From: Gammaproteobacteria bacterium
GTDB taxonomy: Bacteria > Pseudomonadota > Gammaproteobacteria > Natronospirales > JAJUFS01
Reading direction: 5' to 3'
Length of the DNA: 59,925 bases
Assembly (NCBI GenBank): GCA_036381715.1
Contig: DASVCH010000172.1
Location: 1 to 59,925 of the forward strand
Shown piece by piece: positions 1 to 10,435 of this stretch. The notes below the pieces were generated by a model, which did not search any database, was not told the DNA's origin, and saw only the letters and a list, made by a program, of their open reading frames with translations. The translations under genes were made by a program, and so were the position numbers. Each line of letters starts with the position of its first letter. Position 1 is the first letter of the stretch.

Positions 1-1197
1 CGCCGCTTCGGGAAGATTCTCGATCTCTTCCATACCCAGGAAGAAGCGCCGGGCATGGTGTTCTGGCACGACAACGGCTGGATCATCAACACCGAGATCC
101 GCGATTACATCCGCAAGCGGCTTCGCAAGGCCGGCTACCAGGAAATCTGCACGCCGCAGATCATGGACCGCTCCCTGTGGGAGAAATCCGGCCACTGGGA
201 GAAGTTCGGTGACGACATGTTCTACACGCACTCCGAGGAGCGCGAGTATGCGGTCAAGCCGATGAACTGCCCGGGCCATATCCAGGTGTATAACCAGAAG
301 CTGCACAGCTACCGTGACTTGCCGCTGCGGTTCGCGGAATTCGGTTCCTGCCATCGCAACGAGCCGTCGGGCACGCTGCACGGGCTGATGCGCGTGCGCA
401 ACTTCGTTCAGGACGACGCGCACATTTTCTGCACCGAAGAGCAGATCCACGCCGAAACGAAAGCCTTCCTGGAACTGTTCTTCGACGTGTACAGGGATTT
501 CGGCTTCACCGATGTCGACATCAAGCTCTCGACCCGGCCGGAGCAGCGTGTCGGCTCGGACGAGGTCTGGGACAAGTCGGAAAAGGTGCTGGAAGACGTT
601 CTCAAGGACCTGGGGATCGACTACGGCATCAAGCCGGGCGAGGGCGCGTTCTACGGCCCGAAATACGAGTTCGTGCTGAAGGATTCCATCGGCCGGCAGT
701 GGCAGCTCGGCACGTTCCAGCTCGATTTCTCCATGCCGCAGCGGCTTGGCGCGACCTACGTTGCCGAGGACGGCTCCAAGCAGGTCCCGGTGATGCTGCA
801 TCGCGCCATCCTGGGCTCGCTGGAGCGTTTCATCGGCATCCTGATCGAGCATTACGCCGGAAATCTGCCCGCCTGGCTGGCGCCGGTGCAGGCGGTCGTG
901 CTCAACATCACCGACCGGCAGGCGGAATATGCCGCGAAGATCGCAGAATCCCTGCAAAATCAGGGGTTTCGGGCGCGATCCGACTTGAGAAACGAGAAAA
1001 TCGGCTTTAAAATCCGCGAGCACACCCTGCAGAAGGTCCCGTACCAGTTGGTGGTCGGTGACCGTGAATTGGAAAACAACACGGTGGCCGTGCGCACGCG
1101 CGGCGGTGAAGATCTGGGTTCGATGCCGCTTGAGGCCTTCGCCCGGACGCTCTCCGCCGAGATCGCGAGCCGCGGCCGCTCTGATTTGGAGGACTGA
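1..1197 (+). CDS. thrS: Threonyl-tRNA synthetase (5' truncated by window)
   Basis: Frame open from base 1; motifs [46 protein letters not shown]; followed by infC-rpmI-rplT. Confidence 0.98.
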   Translation, partial: RRFGKILDLFHTQEEAPGMVFWHDNGWIINTEIRDYIRKRLRKAGYQEICTPQIMDRSLWEKSGHWEKFGDDMFYTHSEEREYAVKPMNCPGHIQVYNQKLHSYRDLPLRFAEFGSCHRNEPSGTLHGLMRVRNFVQDDAHIFCTEEQIHAETKAFLELFFDVYRDFGFTDVDIKLSTRPEQRVGSDEVWDKSEKVLEDVLKDLGIDYGIKPGEGAFYGPKYEFVLKDSIGRQWQLGTFQLDFSMPQRLGATYVAEDGSKQVPVMLHRAILGSLERFIGILIEHYAGNLPAWLAPVQAVVLNITDRQAEYAAKIAESLQNQGFRARSDLRNEKIGFKIREHTLQKVPYQLVVGDRELENNTVAVRTRGGEDLGSMPLEAFARTLSAEIASRGRSDLED

Positions 1198-1199
1198 GT

Positions 1200-1721
1200 A
1201 TCGCTACCGAAAAACGCGCGCGGCGCAACGATGAAATTCGTGTGCCGAAGGTACGTGTCATTGACGCCGAAGGAGAGCAGATAGGCGTTCTCGCAACCCG
1301 GGATGCACTCGAGATGGCCGCCGAACAGGGGCTGGATCTCGTCGAGGTTTCGCCCAATGCGGAACCCCCGGTCTGCCGCATCATGGATTTCGGCAAGTAC
1401 CTTTTCGAACAGAAGAAGAAAGCGCAGGTCGCCAAGAAAAAGCAGTCCCAGGTGCAGATCAAGGAAGTGAAATTCCGCCCGGGAACCGAGGAAGGCGATT
1501 ACAAGGTAAAGCTCAAGAATCTGACGCGCTTTCTGGAAGAAGGCGACAAGGCCAAGGTCACCTTGCGTTTCCGCGGCCGCGAAATGCTGCACCAGGACCT
1601 GGGTCGAAAGCTGCTTGAACGCGTGCGCAACGACCTCGAAGAACTTGCAGTGGTTGAACAGTTTCCGAGGCTCGAGGGTCGCCAGATGGTGATGATGCTC
1701 GGGCCGAAGAAGAAGTCCTGA
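1200..1721 (+). CDS. infC: Translation initiation factor IF-3, probable ATC start
   Basis: [18 protein letters not shown] and FRGRE motifs; in-frame ATC at 1200 preceded by GGAGGA (1188-1193) gives [13 protein letters not shown]. Confidence 0.96.
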   Translation: MATEKRARRNDEIRVPKVRVIDAEGEQIGVLATRDALEMAAEQGLDLVEVSPNAEPPVCRIMDFGKYLFEQKKKAQVAKKKQSQVQIKEVKFRPGTEEGDYKVKLKNLTRFLEEGDKAKVTLRFRGREMLHQDLGRKLLERVRNDLEELAVVEQFPRLEGRQMVMMLGPKKKS

Positions 1722-1823
1722 TCAGACTCGAAACCGATCGAACACGCCTCGTATCCGCCCACCGTATGCGGACCGGGGAAAACAGACCGAGAACCTGACA
1801 GGTTCCAAAATGCGGAGAATGCA

Positions 1824-2018
1824 ATGCCAAAGATGAAATCGAATCGCGGCGCCGCGAAACGCTTCCGGGCTACGGCCAAGGGTTTCAAGCGCGGCCAGTC
1901 GCACAAGCGCCACATCCTCACGAAGAAATCTTCGAAGCGGAAACGTCAGCTCGGCTCGCCCTCGATGGTCGCCAAGCAGGACGTGAAGTCCGTCAAGCAG
2001 ATGCTTCCGTACAGCTGA
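1824..2018 (+). CDS. rpmI: 50S ribosomal protein L35
   Basis: [14 protein letters not shown]...HILTKKS; synteny. Confidence 0.98.
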   Translation: MPKMKSNRGAAKRFRATAKGFKRGQSHKRHILTKKSSKRKRQLGSPSMVAKQDVKSVKQMLPYS

Positions 2019-2030
2019 GGAGGATGAACC

Positions 2031-2387
2031 ATGGCACGTGTCAAAAGAGGTACCATCGCCCGGGCTCGTCACACGAAAGTGCTGCGCAAGGCCAAGGGTT
2101 ACTACAACGCGCGTCGCAAGGTTTTCCGCGTCGCCAAGCAGGCGGTCATCAAGGCGGGGCAGTATGCCTACCGCGACCGCCGCAACAAGAAGCGCGTTTT
2201 CCGCCGCCTGTGGATCGCGCGCATCAACGCGGGCGCCCGCATGCACGGCATGTCGTACAGCCGCTTCATGAACGGGTTGAAGAAGGCCGACGTCCAGCTC
2301 GACCGCAAGGCGCTGGCCGATATTGCGGTCTTCGACAAGGCCGGTTTTGCCAGGCTTGTTGAAAAAGCCCAGGCCAGCCTGTCGTAA
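2031..2387 (+). CDS. rplT: 50S ribosomal protein L20
   Basis: MARVKRG...YAYRDRR...LWIARINA; synteny. Confidence 0.98.
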   Translation: MARVKRGTIARARHTKVLRKAKGYYNARRKVFRVAKQAVIKAGQYAYRDRRNKKRVFRRLWIARINAGARMHGMSYSRFMNGLKKADVQLDRKALADIAVFDKAGFARLVEKAQASLS

Positions 2388-2439
2388 ACCCGCGACGTAC
2401 GCGCGCATCGTCCGCGATGCGCGAATCGTCGGAACAGAG

Positions 2440-2477
2440 GAGGAGAAAGGCCTGACGTCTTTCTCCTCTTTTTTTTT
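2440..2477 (+). terminator. Intrinsic terminator after rplT
   Basis: GAGGAGAAAGGC-ctgac-GTCTTTCTCCTC followed by T9. Confidence 0.8.
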
Positions 2478-2507
2478 GGACATTCGATCTCCGGGGAGCA
2501 ACGCGAA

Positions 2508-3542
2508 GTGCAGAACCTCGAACAACTGGTCGATGAAGCCAGGCAATCGGTTGCGGACTGCAACGATCTGCGCGCGCTGGACGAGTTGCGCGTGCGCTAT
2601 CTCGGCAAGAAGGGCGTCATTACCGAGCAGCTGAAATCGCTTGGAAAGCTTTCGGCCGAGGAACGGCCCGCTGCCGGCCAGAGAATCAACGAAGCCAAGC
2701 AGCGTATTTCGGAATTCCTGGACGCGCGCCGCGCGACGCTGGAAGAAGAAAAGCTCGCGAGGGAGCTGGCCTCGGAAACCGTCGATGTCACGTTGCCCGG
2801 GCGCGGCGAACTGCCGGGCGGACTCCACCCGGCGACGCGCATCATGGAGCGCATCAGCGATCTGTTCCGCGGCATGGGTTTCGGCATCGAAACGGGCCCT
2901 GAAATCGAAGACGAATTTCATAATTTCGACGCGCTGAACTTCAAGCCGGATCATCCCGCGCGCGCCGACATGGACACGTTCTACCTGCAGCGCGACGCGA
3001 AGGAAAAGCCGCTGTTGCTGAGAACGCATACCTCGCCCGTGCAGGTCCGCGCGATGAAAAGCAAGGGCGCGCCCATTCGCGTCATCGCGGTCGGGCGCAC
3101 GTACCGGCACGATTACGACGTCACGCACACGCCGATGTTTCACCAGGTCGAAGGCCTGCTCGTCGACAGGGGCGTCAGCATGGCGCACCTGCGCGGCATC
3201 CTGACGACTTTCCTGCAGAATTTCTTCGAGCGCGACGACCTGAAGCTGCGTTTTCGTCCGTCGTACTTTCCGTTCGTCGAACCCGGCGCGGAAGTCGATA
3301 TTTCCTGCCTGTTCTGCGGCGGCGACGGCTGCCGCGTGTGCAAGCAGACCGGCTGGATCGAGATTCTCGGCTGCGGCATGGTGCATCCGAACGTGCTGCG
3401 CGCGGTCGATATCGATCCCGAGGTTTACACCGGCTGGGCGTTCGGCATCGGTGTCGAACGGCTGGGAATGCTTCGTTACGGGATCAACGACATTCGGTTG
3501 AATTACGAGAATGATCTGCGGTTTCTGCGGCAGTTTCATTGA
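2508..3542 (+). CDS. pheS: Phenylalanyl-tRNA synthetase alpha subunit
   Basis: [50 protein letters not shown]. Confidence 0.98.
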   Translation: MQNLEQLVDEARQSVADCNDLRALDELRVRYLGKKGVITEQLKSLGKLSAEERPAAGQRINEAKQRISEFLDARRATLEEEKLARELASETVDVTLPGRGELPGGLHPATRIMERISDLFRGMGFGIETGPEIEDEFHNFDALNFKPDHPARADMDTFYLQRDAKEKPLLLRTHTSPVQVRAMKSKGAPIRVIAVGRTYRHDYDVTHTPMFHQVEGLLVDRGVSMAHLRGILTTFLQNFFERDDLKLRFRPSYFPFVEPGAEVDISCLFCGGDGCRVCKQTGWIEILGCGMVHPNVLRAVDIDPEVYTGWAFGIGVERLGMLRYGINDIRLNYENDLRFLRQFH

Positions 3543-3554
3543 AGAGAAGAGCAA

Positions 3555-3593
3555 TGGACAGGATTAACAGGATTTTTCAGGATTTACAGGATT
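3555..3593 (+). repeat. CAGGAT-based tandem repeat element, copy A
   Basis: TGGACAGGATTAACAGGATTTTTCAGGATTTACAGGATT, four CAGGATT units; 36/39 identical to the reverse complement of 15425-15463. Confidence 0.85.
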
Positions 3594-3606
3594 AAAGCGA
3601 AGCAAT

Positions 3607-3677
3607 GTAGGAGCGCGCTCCTCCCGGAGTACCGGGACCTTGCGCGCGCGATCTCGGCCGCGGGAGCGGCCTCCTAC
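3607..3677. repeat. GTAG-type REP doublet with internal palindromic insert
   Basis: GTAGGAGCG...GCGCGCGA..TCGGCCGCGGGAGCGGCCTCCTAC; related copy at 35366-35416. Confidence 0.7.
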
Positions 3678-3700
3678 CGGCATCCTGGCAAGGATTTAAA

Positions 3701-6073
3701 ATGAAAGTCAGTTACGAATGGTTGAAGGAATTCGTTGCGGTCAAGGACGATGCGCAGGCGGTTGCGGACCGCCTGAGTCTTTCCGGTCTCGAAGTCGCGG
3801 CGGTCGAGCCTGCGGTCCCTTCACTGGAAGGTCTTGTCATCGGCGAGGTGCTGAGCGTCGAGAAGCATCCGGATGCCGACAAGCTTTCCGTCTGCCAGGT
3901 CAGCACGGGCGAGGCGAAGCATCAGATTGTCTGCGGCGCCCCGAACGTGCGCGCCGGCATGAAGGCGCCCGTCATCCTGCCCGGCGAAAAACTGCCGGAC
4001 GGCACGAAGATCCGCAAGGCGAAACTTCGCGGCGTGGAATCGGGCGGGATGCTGTGCTCGGCGCGCGAACTCGGCCTGAGTGAAGACCATTCCGGCCTGA
4101 TGGACCTGCCAGGGGATGCGCCCGTCGGGAAAAGTTTCGCCGGCTATCTCGGCGGCGGCGATCACGTCATCGACATCGAAATCACGCCGAACCGCGGCGA
4201 CTGTCTTGGCATGCTTGGCGTGGCGCGCGACGTCAGCGCGCTTTACGACCTCGACTTGCGCGAACCTTCGTCCGACGACGTGCCGCAACAGATCAACGAC
4301 ACGGTCGAAGTGAAACTGGAAGCGCCGGAAAGCTGCCCGACATTTCTCGGCCGCGTGATCCGGGGTATCGACCCGGACGCCGAAACGCCGCTGTGGATGC
4401 GCGAACGGCTGCGCCGCGGTGGCATTCGTCCCGTGTCGCCCGTGGTCGACGTTACGCAGTACGTGATGCTGGAGCTGGGCCAGCCGATGCATGGCTACGA
4501 TCTGCGCGAGATCGGCGGCGGCATCGTCGTTCGCTTCGCGAAACCGGGTGAAAAACTGGTGTTGCTCGACGGTTCGGAAGCTTCGCTCGAGTCCGACATG
4601 CTCGTCATCGCGGATCACCGGCGCGTGCTCGGCCTCGCCGGCATCATGGGCGGCGAAGGCTCCGGCGTGCGCGACGACACGGTTGACGTTTACCTGGAAT
4701 GCGCCTGGTTCAACCCTGTCGCGATCAACGGCAGGCCGCGGCGCCTGGGCCTGCATACCGACGCCGGTTACCGCTTTGAACGCGGTGTCGATCCGTCCGG
4801 GCAGCGCCGTGCCATCGAGCGGGCGACGCAACTGCTGCTGGACATCGCCGGCGGCAAGCCCGGACCCGTCGTCGAATCGCGCGATGAAGGGCATCAGCCG
4901 GACCGGAACCCGGTCGGCCTGCGCCGCCGGCGCCTCGCGGATATTCTCGGGATCGAAATTCCGGACGGCGACGTCGAACGCATTCTCGCGCGCCTCGGCA
5001 TGCCGCCGGAAAAGACCTCCGTGGGCTGGAAGGTGCGCGCGCCCGGTCATCGCTTTGATGTGGAGATCGAAGAAGACCTGGTGGAGGAGGTGGGCCGCAT
5101 TTACGGCTACGACCACATTCCGCCCGCGCAATACCCGAACGCGCAGCCAATGGAGCCGGTCCCGGAGTCCGGGATGCCCATTCGCCGCCTGCGCGAGGCC
5201 CTTGTCCAGCGCGGCTACCAGGAGGTGATCTCGTACAGTTTCGTGCCGGAAAAACTGCAACGCCTGCTGGCGGGGGAGAGCGGCATCGCATTGGCGAATC
5301 CGATCACCTCGGACATGACGCACATGCGGCTCAACCTGTGGCCGGGGCTGCTGCAGGTATTGCAGCACAACCTGAATCGGCAACAGGCGCGCGTGCAAAT
5401 ATTTGAAACCGGTTTGAGATTTATTCGCCAAGCTGATGAAATAAAACAGGAAATGGTGCTTTCCGGTTTGGCGTTTGGGCCGGCTTACCCCGAGCAGTGG
5501 GGGTTGCCGGAACGTGCGGTGGAATTTGCCGACGTGAAAGGCGACGTCGAGTCGTTGCTGGCGACAGGCGGAGACCTGGGTTCCTTTCGCTTCGCCGCGG
5601 AACGACACGTGGCCTTGCACCCCGGGCAGGCGGCGCGCATTTTCCGCGGCGAGCGGGAAATCGGCTGGCTGGGCGCGTTGCATCCCAATATAATCAAGGA
5701 GTTGGAGCTGCCAGGGCAGGTTTTCGTATTCGAACTGGAACTGGATGCCTTGCGGCCCGCCGGTATCCCGGTTGTGCGGGAAATATCGCGTTTTCCGGCT
5801 ATCCGGCGCGATCTGGCGTTGCTCGTGGCCGAGAAGGTGACGGCGGCGGAAATCCTGGCGACCGCGGAATCGGCGGCCGGGAACACGCTGCGGGAGCTGC
5901 GCATTTTCGATGTGTACCGCGGCAAAGGCATAGATTCCGGTCTAAAAAGTATCGCTTTGAGCTTGATTTTACAGGATTCTTCGCGCACTCTTACCGATGA
6001 AGACGTGGACAGGGTGATAACGCTCGTCACGTCGCGGCTCCGGGAGTCGCTGGGGGCACAGCTGAGAGAGTAG
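3701..6073 (+). CDS. pheT: Phenylalanyl-tRNA synthetase beta subunit
   Basis: [45 protein letters not shown]. Confidence 0.98.
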   Translation: MKVSYEWLKEFVAVKDDAQAVADRLSLSGLEVAAVEPAVPSLEGLVIGEVLSVEKHPDADKLSVCQVSTGEAKHQIVCGAPNVRAGMKAPVILPGEKLPDGTKIRKAKLRGVESGGMLCSARELGLSEDHSGLMDLPGDAPVGKSFAGYLGGGDHVIDIEITPNRGDCLGMLGVARDVSALYDLDLREPSSDDVPQQINDTVEVKLEAPESCPTFLGRVIRGIDPDAETPLWMRERLRRGGIRPVSPVVDVTQYVMLELGQPMHGYDLREIGGGIVVRFAKPGEKLVLLDGSEASLESDMLVIADHRRVLGLAGIMGGEGSGVRDDTVDVYLECAWFNPVAINGRPRRLGLHTDAGYRFERGVDPSGQRRAIERATQLLLDIAGGKPGPVVESRDEGHQPDRNPVGLRRRRLADILGIEIPDGDVERILARLGMPPEKTSVGWKVRAPGHRFDVEIEEDLVEEVGRIYGYDHIPPAQYPNAQPMEPVPESGMPIRRLREALVQRGYQEVISYSFVPEKLQRLLAGESGIALANPITSDMTHMRLNLWPGLLQVLQHNLNRQQARVQIFETGLRFIRQADEIKQEMVLSGLAFGPAYPEQWGLPERAVEFADVKGDVESLLATGGDLGSFRFAAERHVALHPGQAARIFRGEREIGWLGALHPNIIKELELPGQVFVFELELDALRPAGIPVVREISRFPAIRRDLALLVAEKVTAAEILATAESAAGNTLRELRIFDVYRGKGIDSGLKSIALSLILQDSSRTLTDEDVDRVITLVTSRLRESLGAQLRE
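5692..5704 (+). promoter_or_regulatory. Candidate IHF-binding site within pheT, upstream of ihfA
   Basis: AATCAAGGAGTTG, exact match to WATCAANNNNTTR in a locally AT-rich patch. Confidence 0.45.
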
Positions 6074-6075
6074 TC

Positions 6076-6375
6076 ATGGCATTGACCAAGGCGGAAATGG
6101 CGGAGGCTCTTTTCGAAGAGCTCGGCCTGAACAAGCGGGAAGCCAAGGAACTGGTGGATCTTTTTTTCGAGGAAATCCGCCGGGCCCTGTCAAACGGGCG
6201 TCAGATCAAACTCTCGGGTTTTGGGAATTTCGACCTGCGAGACAAGAACCAGCGGCCTGGCCGCAACCCCAAGACAGGTGAAGAGATCCCGATTACCGCC
6301 CGCCGCGTCGTGACTTTCCGGCCAGGACAGAAACTCAAGGCGAGGGTGGAAGCATATGCTGGAAGCGGGGAATAA
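6076..6375 (+). CDS. ihfA: Integration host factor alpha subunit
   Basis: [34 protein letters not shown]. Confidence 0.98.
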   Translation: MALTKAEMAEALFEELGLNKREAKELVDLFFEEIRRALSNGRQIKLSGFGNFDLRDKNQRPGRNPKTGEEIPITARRVVTFRPGQKLKARVEAYAGSGE

Positions 6376-6712
6376 CAACGAACTACCCGCCATCCCCGGC
6401 AAGAAGTACTTCACGATCGGGGAAGTTTCGGATCTGTGCGGCGTGAAGCCGCACGTGCTGCGGTACTGGGAGCAGGAATTCCCGCAGCTCAAGCCGGTGA
6501 AGCGCCGCGGCAACCGCCGCTACTATCAGCGTCATGACGTCATCGTCATCCGCCAGATTCGCAGTCTCCTTTACGACCAGGGCTTCACCATCACCGGCGC
6601 CCGGCAGCAGCTTTCGGGCGATTCCGCCAGGCAGGACACCGCGCAAAGCCAGCAGATCATCAAGCAGTTGCGCACCGAGCTTGAAGAAGTCCTGCAACTC
6701 CTCAAGAAATAG
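6356..6712 (+). CDS. MerR-family HTH regulator conserved downstream of ihfA
   Basis: [28 protein letters not shown]; typical ihfA-merR-tRNA-Pro synteny. Confidence 0.93.
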   Translation: MLEAGNNNELPAIPGKKYFTIGEVSDLCGVKPHVLRYWEQEFPQLKPVKRRGNRRYYQRHDVIVIRQIRSLLYDQGFTITGARQQLSGDSARQDTAQSQQIIKQLRTELEEVLQLLKK

Positions 6713-6775
6713 TTCACGCGATCTTTGCCCCTGCGGTATCATTCGCGTCCCGCGGGCGCGGAGTTTCAATGCATT

Positions 6776-6852
6776 CGGGGTGTAGCGCAGCCTGGTAGCG
6801 CACCTGCATGGGGTGCAGGTGGTCGGAGGTTCAAATCCTCTCACCCCGACCA
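6776..6852 (+). tRNA. tRNA-Pro (anticodon GGG)
   Basis: 77 nt CGGGGTG...CACCCCG-ACCA acceptor stem, CCTGC-AT GGG GT-GCAGG anticodon arm, GGTTCAAATCC T-loop, encoded CCA. Confidence 0.97.
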
Positions 6853-6857
6853 ACGTG

Positions 6858-6896
6858 AAAAAGGGCTTACGCCGAGCCGGCGTAAGTCCTTTTTTC
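6858..6896 (+). terminator. Intrinsic terminator after tRNA-Pro
   Basis: AAAAAGGGCTTACGCCG-agc-CGGCGTAAGTCCTTTTTT. Confidence 0.85.
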
Positions 6897-7108
6897 TTTG
6901 GCCCGGAAACATGCGAACGGCGTGTTGAACCTCGGGACGTTCTTTCCTGTCGAAGGTTTCTTTCCTCACTTGTCCTGCAACGCGACACCGTTTGCGCCGC
7001 ACAGCGTGCGCGGGCAGAAAATTCGACCTGCGCCTGCTAACATCGCGGTCTTTCGATTTGACAGAATCAGCCAGGGAGGGCTGCCGGTAACAGACGAACG
7101 ATTTAGCC

Positions 7109-7912
7109 ATGAAACCCATGATCCTTCACGCCTTGTTCCTCGCATGCGTCCTGCTGGCCACGGCCGGCTGCGCCATGACGGACAAGGCTGCGATGCGCGA
7201 ATTGATCGAAGGAGAGCGCGAACAGACGCGGCTTCTCGCGGAAAGGAATTCGCTGCTCGAAGAACAGACCTCCCTGATCGCGCAGTCGATCGAGTCACAC
7301 AAGCGGATGGTCGAGATGCTGGCCGATGTCGATCGGACCCTGCGGGAAATCCGGAATGACGCAAGGGAGCGGCAGCCGGATGCCGGGAACGATTCCGACG
7401 CCGAGCCGCAGACCCGGACGGTCGACGTTGCGTCGCCTGCCGAGAAAACGGTGCTCGGCCGCAACGAATGGGCCTGGGTGGAATTGCTGGGCCGCAACCT
7501 CAAGGCGCGTGTCGACACCGGCGCGCTGTCCGCTTCGCTCAACGCCGTCGAACTGCAGCCGTTCGAGCGCGACGGCCAGGACTGGATACGCTTCCGCGTG
7601 CCCGACGAGGAGCATCCCGACGGTGGCGAAACCTACGAGACGCCGTTGTTGCACCATGTCCTGATCCGCCAGGCATCCGCAGACGAACTGGAGCGTCGTC
7701 CCGTGGTGAAACTGCGCGTGCGCGTCGGCGACCTCATCGACGACATCGAGTTTTCGCTCACCAACCGCGAGAACATGACCTATCCCATGCTGCTGGGCCG
7801 CGATTTCCTGCGCGACGTGGCGGTTGTCGATGTCGCGCGCAAGTTCACGCAGGAGAAATACCAGCCGCCCGCACCGGCCAGTCCGCCGACTGAAAACGTG
7901 ACGCCGCAATGA
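7109..7912 (+). CDS. Lipoprotein with retropepsin-like domain (family often annotated 'ATP-dependent zinc protease', RimK-associated)
   Basis: Signal peptide with lipobox LATAG-C, coiled-coil segment, then LGRNEW, ARVDTGA, ERRPVV, FSLTNRENMTYPMLLGR. Confidence 0.85.
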   Translation: MKPMILHALFLACVLLATAGCAMTDKAAMRELIEGEREQTRLLAERNSLLEEQTSLIAQSIESHKRMVEMLADVDRTLREIRNDARERQPDAGNDSDAEPQTRTVDVASPAEKTVLGRNEWAWVELLGRNLKARVDTGALSASLNAVELQPFERDGQDWIRFRVPDEEHPDGGETYETPLLHHVLIRQASADELERRPVVKLRVRVGDLIDDIEFSLTNRENMTYPMLLGRDFLRDVAVVDVARKFTQEKYQPPAPASPPTENVTPQ

Positions 7913-9426
7913 GCTCGCGCCGCACGCCTTTTTACCTGCTCGTGTTCCTGCTGGTGGCCGCCGGCAGCCTGCTGACCTGGTACCGCCACGCGGTGTTCGA
8001 CGTGCCCTGGCTGCCGGGTGAAAAGCGGCAGATCTGGTCCGTCGAAGCGAAAGTGGATTTCATGGCCACCGGCGGACCGGTGAAAGTGTCTCTCGCGATT
8101 CCCGCCACGCAGCCGGGGTTCGAGCAGATCGGCGAGCACACCGCCAGTCCCGGCTACGGCCTCGCCTTCGTCGACAACGTCAGCGGCCGGCGCGCCGAAT
8201 GGTCGATTCGCAGTGCCAGCGGCAGCCAGACGCTTTATTACCAGACCGAGATGCTGGCGGATCCCGAAACGCTCGACGACAAGGTCGCGGTGCCGCCGCC
8301 GCTGCGCCAGATTGTTCTTGTCGGACCGCAGGCAACCGCCGCAAGACGGGTATTGCAGCGCGCGACGGAACGCTCCGCCGATCCCTTCACACTGGCGCGC
8401 GAACTGATCGGGGAGTTCAACAGCGGTTCGGAAAGCGCGCAGTTGCTGACACAGACGAAATCGCGCGGCGCGTGGCTGGTCGACCTGTTGCACATGGCCG
8501 GCGTTCCGGCGCGCGAAGTGCATGCGCTCAACCTGGAAGACGGCCGTCGCCGGCAAAGCGCGGTGAACCTGTTGCAGGTGTTCGATGCCGAAAGCTATGC
8601 ATTGTTCGACATCCGCTCGGGCGTGCAGGGCCAGCAACCGACGCAGTTGCTGTGGGAGTATTCGTCGAGCCCGCTGCTGGACATTGTCGGCGGCGACAAT
8701 TCGCGCATCAGCTTTTCGATGATCGAACAGGATGTGCCGGTAAGCCGCATGCTCGAGGCCGGCACGCTGTCACTCAGCCAGAAAGTGCTCGATTTTTCCA
8801 TCCACAGCCTGCCGCTTTCCGAACAGGCGTTGTTCAAGGGCATTTTGCTGATTCCGGTCGGCGTGCTGATCGTGTCGCTGTTCCGCATCCTGGTCGGCGT
8901 GCGCACCTCGGGCACTTTCATGCCGGTGCTCATCGCCATCGCGTTCATCCAGACGAGTCTCGTTACCGGGCTGGTCGGCTTCCTGCTCATCGTGGGCGTG
9001 GGGCTGATGATCCGGTCCTACCTGTCGCGACTGAACCTGCTGCTGGTTGCGCGAATATCGGCCGTGATCATTTCGGTCATCATCATCATCGCGGCGTTCG
9101 CGGTGCTTTCGTTCCAGCTCGGCCTCGCCGAGGGACTCAAGATCACGATCTTCCCGATGGTCATTCTCGCGTGGACCATCGAACGCATGTCCATCCTCTG
9201 GGAGGAGGAAGGACCGAAGGAAGTGCTGGTGCAAGGCGGCGGCTCGCTGCTGGTGGCGTTGCTCGCGTGGCTGGCGATGAGCAACGACGTGGTGCGTCAC
9301 CTGACGTTCAACTTCCTCGGCCTGCAATTCGTTTTCATGGCGCTGGTGCTGTTGCTCGGCAACTACACGGGCTACCGTCTGCTGGAATTCCGCCGGTTCC
9401 GGCCGCTGCTCAAGGCGCAGGGCTGA
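7909..9426 (+). CDS. Inactive transglutaminase domain fused to 7TM helices
   Basis: N-terminal TM, soluble domain with LEDGRRRQ, C-terminal multi-TM block with GTFMPVLIA, FPMVILAWTIERMS, YTGYRL; ATGA overlap with upstream gene. Confidence 0.88.
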   Translation: MSSRRTPFYLLVFLLVAAGSLLTWYRHAVFDVPWLPGEKRQIWSVEAKVDFMATGGPVKVSLAIPATQPGFEQIGEHTASPGYGLAFVDNVSGRRAEWSIRSASGSQTLYYQTEMLADPETLDDKVAVPPPLRQIVLVGPQATAARRVLQRATERSADPFTLARELIGEFNSGSESAQLLTQTKSRGAWLVDLLHMAGVPAREVHALNLEDGRRRQSAVNLLQVFDAESYALFDIRSGVQGQQPTQLLWEYSSSPLLDIVGGDNSRISFSMIEQDVPVSRMLEAGTLSLSQKVLDFSIHSLPLSEQALFKGILLIPVGVLIVSLFRILVGVRTSGTFMPVLIAIAFIQTSLVTGLVGFLLIVGVGLMIRSYLSRLNLLLVARISAVIISVIIIIAAFAVLSFQLGLAEGLKITIFPMVILAWTIERMSILWEEEGPKEVLVQGGGSLLVALLAWLAMSNDVVRHLTFNFLGLQFVFMALVLLLGNYTGYRLLEFRRFRPLLKAQG

Positions 9427-9430
9427 GCGC

Positions 9431-10432
9431 ATGTTCGCGTGGGTGGACAGGCTGCTGCCTTACCGCGAACTCGCGGACATGGGCATCATGGGCATGAACC
9501 AGCGCAACATTTCCTACATCAGCCGTTACAACTCGCGCCAGCTCTATCCGCTGGTGGACGACAAGCTCAGGACCAAGCGGCTTGCGATCGAAAACGGCGT
9601 CGCCACGCCGAAGCTTCTCGGCACCGTCGACAACCAGCACGACGTGATGAAGGTGAGGGACTTCATCAGCGGCCTGGGCGGCTTCTGCATCAAGCCGGCG
9701 AAGGGATCCAGCGGCAAGGGAATCCTGGTCGTGTCGCGTGGCGGCGACGGGCTGCTGTACCGCTCGAACGGACAGAAACTCGTCCTGCGTGACGTGGAGC
9801 GGCACGTTTCCAATATTCTCGCCGGTCTCTTTTCGCTCGGTGGCGCACCCGACGTCGCGATGATCGAGGCGCTGATCGAAGTCGACGACGCCTTGCACGA
9901 TTACACCTTCGAAGGCGTGCCCGACGTACGCATCATTGTCTTCCGCGGCTTTCCGGTCATGGCGATGATGCGGCTTTCCTGCGGCGCTTCGAAAGGCAAG
10001 GCGAACCTGCACCAGGGGGCCGTCGGCGTCGGTGTCGACATCGTGACCGGCCGCGCTGTTCGCGCCGTGCAGCAAAACAGGCCGGTGAACATTCATCCGG
10101 ACACCGGGCAGGATCTGCTGTCGTTGAAGGTGCCGCGCTGGGACACCTTGCTCGAACTGTCCTGCGCATGCGCGGACATGACAGGCCTCGGTTACCTCGG
10201 CGTCGACCTTGTGCTCGACCGCGAACAGGGACCGATGCTGCTCGAATTGAATGCGCGTCCCGGGCTCACCATCCAGATCGCGAACGGCGCCGGCCTGCTG
10301 CCGCGCCTGCGGCGCATCGAAGAGGTTCCTCAGGTTTCGCACCTCGGCATCGCGGACCGCATACGGTTCGCGCGCCGGCATTTCGCTTCGATGCCGCTCG
10401 ACGAGCCGGATGCGATGCGCCGTTCGGCGTGA
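9431..10432 (+). CDS. Alpha-L-glutamate ligase-like (RimK-related) ATP-grasp protein
   Basis: GMNQRN, LVDDKL, IKPAKGSSGKG, GVPDVR, GKANLHQGA, LGVDLVLD, LELNARPGL. Confidence 0.9.
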   Translation: MFAWVDRLLPYRELADMGIMGMNQRNISYISRYNSRQLYPLVDDKLRTKRLAIENGVATPKLLGTVDNQHDVMKVRDFISGLGGFCIKPAKGSSGKGILVVSRGGDGLLYRSNGQKLVLRDVERHVSNILAGLFSLGGAPDVAMIEALIEVDDALHDYTFEGVPDVRIIVFRGFPVMAMMRLSCGASKGKANLHQGAVGVGVDIVTGRAVRAVQQNRPVNIHPDTGQDLLSLKVPRWDTLLELSCACADMTGLGYLGVDLVLDREQGPMLLELNARPGLTIQIANGAGLLPRLRRIEEVPQVSHLGIADRIRFARRHFASMPLDEPDAMRRSA

Positions 10433-10435
10433 GTG

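Noticed and set aside
1722..1823. L20-binding leader structure upstream of rpmI
   Set aside because: Small hairpins are visible, but I cannot establish the required pairing by eye; needs a covariance-model search
2388..2507. pheM-type attenuator leader before pheS
   Set aside because: Hairpins and a terminator are present, but the only short ATG ORF ([12 protein letters not shown]) has no Phe codons
5966..5980. Additional CAGGAT repeat copies (TTACAGGATT in pheT; TACAGGATT at 57667)
   Set aside because: Single units without the GGACAGGAT lead or tandem structure; explained by coding sequence or the PadR-region inverted repeat
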